Shown piece after piece: positions 26,910 through 34,219 of a stretch of 34,219 nucleotides of DNA. A model generated the notes under the pieces. That model ran no database searches, was not told where the DNA came from, and worked only from the letters and a program-made list of their open reading frames with translations. The DNA comes from Bdellovibrionota bacterium. Its GTDB lineage: Bacteria; Bdellovibrionota_C; UBA2361; JBGSMV01. The stretch spans positions 1 to 34,219 of the forward strand of contig JBIKWF010000041.1 in NCBI GenBank assembly GCA_044356455.1, read 5' to 3'. Numbering within the stretch: position 1 is the first letter of the stretch; each line of letters opens with the position of its first letter. The position numbers and the translations under genes are program-made.

Positions 26910-28610
26910 CTAACGATAGCGCTTAAGAAGACTTTCAGTCCCCGTGCGCATCGCGATACGAGCCGCTTGAACATTTACGCCAATTACGGCGAGGATCAAG
27001 GCGGCGAGAAGAAGAATGCTTGAAATATTTTCAAGCGACATTCCAATTCTCGGAGCATAAAAAAGCACCATCCAGGCCGGTACCATGTTGAGAAAGATAA
27101 GCACCGTAGAGACAAGCATAAACAGCAAGCTTCCAAAGCCTCCCGCGAGCTGAGAAGTGTGCTCCCACTCAAAATGGGCGAAGAGTGCACCAAACCCTAT
27201 CGCAAGACCCACGACTCCGTAGCTCACGACGAAGCTCGACAAGCCACACACCAACACAATGCGGGGCTCCGCCCCTATGGCAACGGCGCCAGCCGTAAAG
27301 AAGCATCCCGCCATGATTGAAATAGGAACGAACCAGACCCAAAACTTCATGCGCACGAAATCTTTTATCTCGAGGGGAGAAGTTTGAAGAATCCAGAACG
27401 AGCGCCCCTCCATGGAAAGTGAAGGGAAGACAAAGCGTGTGCACATGGCAGTGGTTACGAACGCGCCCATGGTCACGTTGCCAATAAAAAGGAAGTTCTT
27501 CCACCAAGGACGAATGGCGAGCGGAAAGGATTCGACCGCCGAGAAAATACGTAGATGGTAGAGATACGTAAGAGCCAGACCAAGTAACATAAAGAGTTGC
27601 ACTACTTGGCTTACGTCGCGCGAGAGCACTCGCAGCTCTTTACCGATCATGGCTCTAAAACTAGGAGAGAACGAGGCGCCTGCACGGCGCACCCAGCGCT
27701 GAAAGCCCGTGCTCTTATAGGTAGCTCCCCGGCGCTTGTTTCTAATGTTTGAATAGGCGGTATCATGCATCAGAAGAGCCGCGAGAAAGGCAAGGGAAAC
27801 AGAAGCCACCGCAGTACAGACGAGCACCGCGCCGTACCATTCCCACGACACTCCCACTGGCCTTAACAATTCGCCGAGTGCTTGCCCAAGCCAATTTGAA
27901 GGCAGCCAATTCATCGTAGGCGCGGTCACGAGGGACATGAGCCGCAGAAGCTCCTGCGCGCTTTTTAGTGAGTCCCATTCAATCTGCAAAATATCGATAA
28001 GAGAGTAAACCGCGGCTGCGCCCGCTACCAGCACAGCAAGAATTGTTTCGCGCACCCTGTAGACGGGAATAGCGAGCACAATTACGTGTGCCACCGCGAC
28101 TCCAAGCGCCGAAGGGATGAGAAGAAAGGGTATCATCAGAGCAGGAGCTAGCGCATAAAACGCCAAAGGAGCTTCAGAGGCACGCGCGAAAGCAAGTAAC
28201 ACGGGCGTCGCAAAGAGAAAGGGCATCCAGCTTGAAACTAAAAAGACGTACGTAAATTTCCCTAAAAATAGCCGCCATGCAGAGAGCGGCGTGGGGAGGA
28301 TTAGTTCAAGATCGTCCGAGAGAAAGTACGTGCCAAGCGCGGCGAGCACACTCGAAATGAGTAGCATCGCAAGAAGCATCCCGAACAAAAGAGCAAGAAA
28401 AGTGGAGTACGGAAGGTATGCGAGCGCCGGGTTCTCAGCAGATTCTTTGAGCGCCCAGCGCGTAAAGATATAAACGGCGAGCATCACAAGAAAGGAGAAC
28501 GAGAGCAGAAACAAGTCGCGACCCGCTTGCGCACGCAGGTCTACCGACCGCGTCCAACGATTACGCGTCGCAAGAAAAGTCGGGCGAAAGAGCAAGAAAA
28601 GAGATTTCAT
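26910..28610 (-). CDS. Putative ABC-2-type exporter permease
   Basis: Many TM segments; YFLSDDLELILPTPL, KELRVLSRD, FPSLSMEG.SFWILQTSP..K patterns typical of this permease group. Confidence 0.8.
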   Translation of the reverse strand: MKSLFLLFRPTFLATRNRWTRSVDLRAQAGRDLFLLSFSFLVMLAVYIFTRWALKESAENPALAYLPYSTFLALLFGMLLAMLLISSVLAALGTYFLSDDLELILPTPLSAWRLFLGKFTYVFLVSSWMPFLFATPVLLAFARASEAPLAFYALAPALMIPFLLIPSALGVAVAHVIVLAIPVYRVRETILAVLVAGAAAVYSLIDILQIEWDSLKSAQELLRLMSLVTAPTMNWLPSNWLGQALGELLRPVGVSWEWYGAVLVCTAVASVSLAFLAALLMHDTAYSNIRNKRRGATYKSTGFQRWVRRAGASFSPSFRAMIGKELRVLSRDVSQVVQLFMLLGLALTYLYHLRIFSAVESFPLAIRPWWKNFLFIGNVTMGAFVTTAMCTRFVFPSLSMEGRSFWILQTSPLEIKDFVRMKFWVWFVPISIMAGCFFTAGAVAIGAEPRIVLVCGLSSFVVSYGVVGLAIGFGALFAHFEWEHTSQLAGGFGSLLFMLVSTVLIFLNMVPAWMVLFYAPRIGMSLENISSILLLAALILAVIGVNVQAARIAMRTGTESLLKRYR

Positions 28611-29389
28611 TGCGAGGCCCTCCCACCCTTGAGGAGTTCCTGAGGGAGCAGCCGCGAAAGAAAGCTTACTTGTTTTTCCAAAGAATCTGCGACGGGGTCA
28701 AGAACGAGTCGCCGCTCGCTATCTGTAGTTTCGCCGCATCCCTGAGCATCTCCTTCAAGAAGCTGCACCGAAAGGCCAAGCAGCTTCGAGTATTGATCGA
28801 GAATTCCCTGCGCAGAAAACGCTTGATAGGCTAACGGAGCATAACGAAGCTGATAGGCAGTTTTACTTAGTTGCTGAAGTTCTACCGGGCCTGGAACGGT
28901 AATTTGTTTGCGTCCATCTCCTCCAAGCAGGCTAGAAATCAACGTAACTTTTATTGGATTAATTTCTGCGAGTCCTACCGAGAAACGAAATTCAGGAGCG
29001 GTAAGGCTTAGGAGTCCGCCTCCTAATTGCCCAAGCATATTGAAGCTCAGGTCGCCTTCAAGCTTGAGAGGCATAACCTTCCCCTTAGACTCGGTTCGAA
29101 GGTCACCACGCAGCCCCAAGTTGATTTCACCTTCCAGACGCTCAAGTGTCACTTGAAGAGCTCCCACACAGGCGTCGTGAGACAGGACTTTATATGCGCG
29201 CGTACCCACAAGGATGGGATTTTCAACAACATTAGCTCTCGCAACTTCTGCCTTGGTTAATGAGAGCGCGTACCAAGCACCTCCTGAGGAAAGTGCCAGA
29301 ACGAAGAGGGCGACATAGAAGTCGACCATGCGGATAAGAATTGAAGCTCGCAAGAGACTACGCCTTTTTTTGTGCGGAACTGGAGACAT
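28607..29389 (-). CDS. Hypothetical membrane-anchored protein
   Basis: Single N-terminal TM segment; 4-bp ATGA overlap with the permease gene. Confidence 0.75.
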   Translation of the reverse strand: MSPVPHKKRRSLLRASILIRMVDFYVALFVLALSSGGAWYALSLTKAEVARANVVENPILVGTRAYKVLSHDACVGALQVTLERLEGEINLGLRGDLRTESKGKVMPLKLEGDLSFNMLGQLGGGLLSLTAPEFRFSVGLAEINPIKVTLISSLLGGDGRKQITVPGPVELQQLSKTAYQLRYAPLAYQAFSAQGILDQYSKLLGLSVQLLEGDAQGCGETTDSERRLVLDPVADSLEKQVSFLSRLLPQELLKGGRASQ

Positions 29390-29452
29390 CTACAAAGAGT
29401 GCAGAGAGCTCGGTGATACATTTTTCACCGAACTTGCAACTCAGGTTACTAG

Positions 29453-29565
29453 AGGATCTCTGCAAAACTTCGTTCTCCCCTTCGCGTTATTTCAGAATGC
29501 ATCGAGCACCCGCAATGTTCGGGCTTAAAGCGAAGAGCACGAACGAGGACTTTTTCAGAGATTCT
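29453..29565. mobile_element. MITE-like element, copy C1 (same TIRs, different inner hairpin)
   Basis: Flanks CTAG (29449-29452) / CTAT (29566-29569). TIRs AGGATCTCTGCAAAA / TTTTTCAGAGATTCT (13 of 15 complementary). Inner arms TTCGTTCTCCCCTTCGC (29469-29485) / GCGAAGAGCACGAA (29530-29543). Confidence 0.7.
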
Positions 29566-29707
29566 CTATGATACTAGATGCTCGGGGAGGCGCGGAAGGT
29601 CCTAAGACGGCCAAGAGAAAACGCCGTTTGGCGCTACCCTCAACCTCTCCTTTAGTGGCCTTAGTGGTTTTTTTCCTAGAGCGCTATAAGCGCAAGTGCT
29701 GCCCTAG

Positions 29708-29832
29708 GGAACCTCTGAAAAACATCGCTGTTTTTTTCTCTCAGTGAGCTCTGTGTCCTCTGTGGTTTTTCAACAATTTAAATCAACCACAGAGGGCACA
29801 GAGTTCACAGAGCGGACTTTTTCAGATATTCC
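29708..29832. mobile_element. MITE-like element, copy A3 (CTAG target duplication)
   Basis: CTAG at 29704-29707 and 29833-29836. TIRs GGAACCTCTGAAAAA / TTTTTCAGATATTCC. Inner arms 29740-29767 and 29785-29812. Confidence 0.9.
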
Positions 29833-30234
29833 CTAGCAAATCTTGCCCTGATAATCGGTCTCAATATCACTTCCTGCCGTATGCGACAGAGACTGAAGAA
29901 TCTGCTTGGCATCATCGATAATCATGCCTGAGAGACTGTTAATGATCATGACATGCCGCGAAATTTCTACCATGTCACCAATCTGAATATGGCGCTCGAG
30001 GTCCTTCGCGAGATTGCGCTGACGAGTGATAATTTGATCGTATGAATCAAGTCTTTCGAAGACATGCGCAGGGACATGCTCTTTATGGCTGAGGGTTTCT
30101 CTCGCCCCGTGAATTGCTTTTTCGAGGTCAGCAAAAGACTGGTGAAGGCGAGTTACAATTGAAAGCTGTGGGTTATTAGAATCATTTTGCATAACAATCA
30201 CCCTCATTAAACCGGCGCCGCGAGTAGGCACCAT
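29833..30234 (-). CDS. Hypothetical helical protein
   Basis: ORF with amphipathic-helix composition; the true start is probably a downstream ATG (MQNDS...). Confidence 0.7.
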   Translation of the reverse strand: MVPTRGAGLMRVIVMQNDSNNPQLSIVTRLHQSFADLEKAIHGARETLSHKEHVPAHVFERLDSYDQIITRQRNLAKDLERHIQIGDMVEISRHVMIINSLSGMIIDDAKQILQSLSHTAGSDIETDYQGKIC

Positions 30235-30409
30235 ACCAGCAAGGAGTTATACCCCCTAGTCCTTAGGTGTAAGGGAACTGCTCCTGTTAGCCGCGAGAAA
30301 AGTTACGTTACTAATTCCAAGGGTTTACCAAGGCGAAGCCTCCAATAAGCAGAAGAAAATACGCAGCTGCCCTCTGTACCCACTCCAAGGAGACCGCTAC
30401 TGTGCGCCC

Positions 30410-30958
30410 GTGGCCCTACAAGCAACAGTATTTAACTTCGAGATAGACCTCTCTGACGTAGATCGCAGCGTTTACGAAAAGCTCTCTCTTTCCGTAGCAC
30501 GCCATCCCTCTGAAACGACTGCGTTTATGCTGACCCGGGTCTTGGCATTTTGCCTTGAGTATAAAGAGGGGCTTTCATTCTCACGAGGACTCGCCGCAAC
30601 CGAAGAACCCGCCGTATGGTCCCGCGACCCTACCGGGACACTCACTTCCTGGATTGAAGTAGGCAGTCCCTCTGCCGAGCGCTTACATCGTGCGAGAAAG
30701 GCGTGCGAACATGTTGCGATATATTGCCACCGAGACCTCAAGAATTTTCTTAGGGAAGCGAGGTCCGCTTCAATACACAAAGCAGATACCATCGCCGTGT
30801 ACGCAATCCCGCAAAATGTCCTTGAAGATTTTGACCGGGCTCTCGACAAACGCAATGTGCTAAGCCTCTCCCGGTCTGAAGATTCCATTTATCTTGAGGG
30901 CCCAAGGCTCTCCACCTCAGGTGTGCTTGAAAGACATGCGATTGGGGTATTGGACTAG
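30410..30958 (+). CDS. yaeQ: YaeQ family protein
   Basis: MALQAT...LSDVDR..Y...ARHPSET..M..R.LAF...F.RGL...EPAVW...WIEVG.P; AAGGAG ribosome-binding site. Confidence 0.93.
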   Translation: MALQATVFNFEIDLSDVDRSVYEKLSLSVARHPSETTAFMLTRVLAFCLEYKEGLSFSRGLAATEEPAVWSRDPTGTLTSWIEVGSPSAERLHRARKACEHVAIYCHRDLKNFLREARSASIHKADTIAVYAIPQNVLEDFDRALDKRNVLSLSRSEDSIYLEGPRLSTSGVLERHAIGVLD

Positions 30959-31118
30959 CCGTCAAATCTATCGCGCCCCCCTCGAAATCCGAAGAATTAT
31001 CTATATCGCCCCCGATCGCCGCAATTTGCCAATATCATTCAGGGGCAAGAGGAGGTCCAACGTTGCAGCGTATGCCGCGACCTTCCAGGGTCATCACTTC
31101 GCAACCGGCGGAATGAAG

Positions 31119-31160
31119 TGACTCTCTGACAAACCTCGATTTTTCATTCTTTTCACTAAG
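31119..31160. repeat. Left-end fragment of a type A MITE
   Basis: TGACTCTCTGACAAACCTCGATTTTTCATTCTTTTCACTAAG aligns to the A1 left end GGAGCCTCTGAATAACCTCGATATTTTATTTTTTTCTCTCTG; there is no hairpin or right end. Confidence 0.55.
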
Positions 31161-31213
31161 ATATATTTGTCCGTAGAGCCCTTTCCCATCCAACAAATCT
31201 CCAGAGCCTCAAT

Positions 31214-34132
31214 TTGACTAGGGTCACTGAGACCCTAGAATACGAAACAGCCATGCCCGCTCAGGAGATCACGTACCACACTTCACCTCCTTCGACCCTT
31301 GCGCCTCTGTTTCGGGGGGAGCGCTTGCCTGCGGATTTAGTCGAATCAATCCGCGAGGGGCTCGAAAAGAATGATGGCCACGTGAGGCCCGGGCAGCTTT
31401 TTGGACTCGAAGATCCTTACACGACGTTCAGCGAGTACCCGATAGACCTTGGCAAGCGCCTGGACGAGATTTCTCCTCGCTTTCGTGACTACCTTCGGAA
31501 GGTCTCTCCTTCTGCGCTGGAAAGAAATTTTGTTCGTTGGCTCGTAGAGCAACCGGCCTCCTCTTTCACCCCGCAAAATTGCGCTCAGCATCTTGAAAGA
31601 ATCGAGACTTTGGGATTCTCGAAAGAGCTTGGAGATTTCACCACTATCTATGCGATTGCATATGTCACGGACTCACTCGGTGTTGCTAAGGGAGAGGCCC
31701 TTGCAGAGGCGCTCTCACCTCCCATGATTTGTTCCGATAACATGGAAATTTATCTGGCGGCTCTTCAAGAGGCCGCGTTCTCTGGTATCCAGCAGCGAAC
31801 TCTTGGCGCTCTCGCCAAGACCAACGGGCCTCTGCTCGCAAGTTCGGCTTCGGTACTCAAAATCCCCTCTCATCTTGCGCAAGCCATTGATATCGAAGTT
31901 TTGGCTACCGTACTAAAATCAGTGCGCGGCACACTTCCTTTTGTTCTTTTTGGAAGGCTCCTCTACTCAGGCCCCCATTCTGCTGACACGCTCCTTGCCC
32001 CAATCACGACTCACCTACCCCACGGCCATGCACATGCCATAGTCTCCAAGGCTGGAGTTGCGACCTACGGCGAACTTTTAAAGTTTATAAGTAGTAATCA
32101 GAAATACATCTCAGAATTGCTCTTCGGACCTGACGACAGCGGGTACGCCACGTTGCGCTCCGGCCCACTTTTCTCAAGAGCCCCGATAATCCCAATCAAT
32201 AGCCCTTTCATCGGGAAGTCAGGGGAGTTCGGCCTTACCGCCAAAGAGGCAGCAGAGTTCTGTAGGTATTTCGGCCAAGAAGCTCAAGCTCGCATCATCG
32301 ATCCCAAGCGTCGCTTCGAGAGCCTTGTTGAAGCCCAGATTGGAGAGTGGGCAAACACTGAACAAGTCGCAGAACCTTTCTCATTTGCCGCTGAAGTCTT
32401 TGGCTATGCAAAGATGTGGGAGTACTGCGCACCGGCAAGCGACGTTGAGAAACGCGAGCACCGCATGCGGGAACTCGCTCCTGCGGTGTTTCTTTGCCGC
32501 GGCGCCCATGAAGTTAGCAAGGGGAAGGTCACCCCTCATTCATTTTTCGCAAATATCCTAGAACAATCCTCAAGAGATTCTGCCCTCGGCCTCGCTGAGC
32601 GAGTTGCCATTCTTACAGAGCTCGCCGTGCAGTTCTCCAACGAGTTCCGCCAAACGGGTCAATTTGATTCCCTCTACCACTCAGTACTTGCTGACAAACT
32701 CCTCGCGGCCTTTAATTCTCCGGCGGAATTTCCCTCCTTTGATTCACTTTTTATTTCATGGAACAAACTAAAGAAATTTGCTGAGCTCGCTCGTCTACAT
32801 GCCGTTGAAGACGCTCGCCAAGACCTTATTCATCTTCAAGCAGAAGAACCTTCCACCTGGAACTTTATCACGCAGCTCATCCAGCATCCTGGTTCTCGCG
32901 TCAACTCTCAAGTGATTCTTGAATTTGTTCAATCTCCCAGCACCTTCTGGGAACGAGACGATAGCTCTTTTAGTTATGACCAGGAGGCGCCGCGCCGGGC
33001 AGCTCGTCTACTCACCGTTCCTGGGCTTGGAATATCAGCCACGGATTTGCGACGGGCACTCACTTCGGGAGTTATCGATACCCTATGCCCTTTGCCTTCT
33101 CATGAGCTCTTCATCCAGGTCGTTTTGCCAGACTCAGAGGGGAAGTTAGGACCTCGCCGTATGCGTATTGCGGTTGAGCCGCGCACCTCTCCCGTTGGAG
33201 CAGCCGCCGGAGATGATGTAGGAGACTGCGCCGGTTGGGGCGAAGCAAAGAAGTCACACTACCTTCTTAACGCGAACTGCGCGCAGCTCGTGGTGCAGTT
33301 AGAGATCCCACGGAAAGGCTTTCGCACTATCGCTGAATCGCTCCTTACGCTGGACGAATCACCGCAGGCACTCCTGCTCCTTGCTCTGGACAACATAGAA
33401 GTCTCGGCAAACTACTTGAAGAAACCTGAAGTAGCAGAGGCCCTAAGGCACGGGGTCAGAGAATTTGTGAAGGACTACCTCTTACTTCACGGAGACTCTC
33501 TTGGACTTGCTTCTTACGCAATTGTCGGCGAGCACCCCAAGTTCATGAAGGAAGGAAGCTCACTCTACTGGGGAGAAGAGCAACTTCCGAATGACAGCAA
33601 GCCGCGAGTCCCCTTGCTCTACTCCGACAAAGTTGCAAAATCGGTTTACCTGCTCTGCGGTAGGCCAGAACTTTCTGAAAAGAGACCTCTTAGTACACCC
33701 GGCATCCATGAGCTAAGTCTCTTTGACACGCGCCGACTCATTGATCTCCTAGGACCATCGTCAACCTGGCCACTTACGCATGCCATAATGGGACTTAGCA
33801 TTGCGAACGCGATGGAAAAGCGCAGAACTCTTTCTTTTAAGAACGTACAAAATGACAAGGGCGAAATTTCAGCAGCATTAGTTGCCTACCAAGAAGTCTC
33901 TTCTCACGATTGCCCACGTCGTCCAAAAATAACGGTGCGCTGTCTTAGAGCGCGGAAAGATACTCGAAATGAAATGGGAGCTCTGGTAGAGGCTTTTAAA
34001 ATGCGGCTTGGTGAGCTCAGTCCTCTGGGCATTAGACCCCTCGTTCAACTACGACCTTTTCGGGGAGCCATTTCGGCTGAAGGGAAGGAACTCCTAGCCG
34101 CTCGTTTGCCGAGCGAGTGGCTTCGCTCGTAA
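31214..34132 (+). CDS. Large hypothetical protein, possibly with GNAT-like C-terminal domains
   Basis: 972-aa uninterrupted ORF (alternative ATG at 31253). Motif GDDVGDC...N.N...IAESLL...LALDNIEV and a terminal beta-alpha segment ALVAYQE...ITVRCLRA. Confidence 0.7.
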   Translation: MTRVTETLEYETAMPAQEITYHTSPPSTLAPLFRGERLPADLVESIREGLEKNDGHVRPGQLFGLEDPYTTFSEYPIDLGKRLDEISPRFRDYLRKVSPSALERNFVRWLVEQPASSFTPQNCAQHLERIETLGFSKELGDFTTIYAIAYVTDSLGVAKGEALAEALSPPMICSDNMEIYLAALQEAAFSGIQQRTLGALAKTNGPLLASSASVLKIPSHLAQAIDIEVLATVLKSVRGTLPFVLFGRLLYSGPHSADTLLAPITTHLPHGHAHAIVSKAGVATYGELLKFISSNQKYISELLFGPDDSGYATLRSGPLFSRAPIIPINSPFIGKSGEFGLTAKEAAEFCRYFGQEAQARIIDPKRRFESLVEAQIGEWANTEQVAEPFSFAAEVFGYAKMWEYCAPASDVEKREHRMRELAPAVFLCRGAHEVSKGKVTPHSFFANILEQSSRDSALGLAERVAILTELAVQFSNEFRQTGQFDSLYHSVLADKLLAAFNSPAEFPSFDSLFISWNKLKKFAELARLHAVEDARQDLIHLQAEEPSTWNFITQLIQHPGSRVNSQVILEFVQSPSTFWERDDSSFSYDQEAPRRAARLLTVPGLGISATDLRRALTSGVIDTLCPLPSHELFIQVVLPDSEGKLGPRRMRIAVEPRTSPVGAAAGDDVGDCAGWGEAKKSHYLLNANCAQLVVQLEIPRKGFRTIAESLLTLDESPQALLLLALDNIEVSANYLKKPEVAEALRHGVREFVKDYLLLHGDSLGLASYAIVGEHPKFMKEGSSLYWGEEQLPNDSKPRVPLLYSDKVAKSVYLLCGRPELSEKRPLSTPGIHELSLFDTRRLIDLLGPSSTWPLTHAIMGLSIANAMEKRRTLSFKNVQNDKGEISAALVAYQEVSSHDCPRRPKITVRCLRARKDTRNEMGALVEAFKMRLGELSPLGIRPLVQLRPFRGAISAEGKELLAARLPSEWLRS

Positions 34133-34219
34133 GGCAGCTAATGCCGGATGTGCGCATCTGTCGAAATAGTAGCAGCCGTATGAAGAAGAGATTCTAACTC
34201 CTCTGGATCCTCGGTTCGC

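Noticed and set aside
30894..31121. 75-aa + strand ORF after yaeQ
   Set aside because: Overlaps yaeQ in another frame, has a TTG start, and shows no motif or ribosome-binding site.

Overview
Bacterial chromosomal segment of intermediate GC with about 26 protein genes. The gene content (IHF, FabD, PPK2, Dtd, YaeQ, an M16 peptidase pair, SWIM-SNF2, a DUF1592/DUF1552 pair, sigma28-like promoters) suggests a Deltaproteobacteria/Bdellovibrionota/Myxococcota-like organism, which is inference only. I found no rRNA, tRNA, CRISPR array, transposase or prophage. The strongest unexplained signal is non-coding: six 108-130 bp elements plus one fragment. They share IS5-type terminal inverted repeats (GGA(A/G)(C/T)CTCTGAAA...TTTCAGAG..TCC) and 4-bp CTAG/CTAA target duplications, but carry three different internal hairpin cargos. 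Four of them sit on or next to stop codons. Other highlights: two structured-RNA candidates (about 6519-6661 and 26617-26826), an unannotated 51-aa CxxC..CxxC ORF upstream of ihfA, a stand-alone single riboflavin-synthase-like domain whose C-terminus was rewritten by one of the elements, a divergent ADP-dependent-kinase-like gene, a DUF1275-STAS fusion and a pseudo-receiver protein. All family calls come from motif recognition by eye, not database searches.
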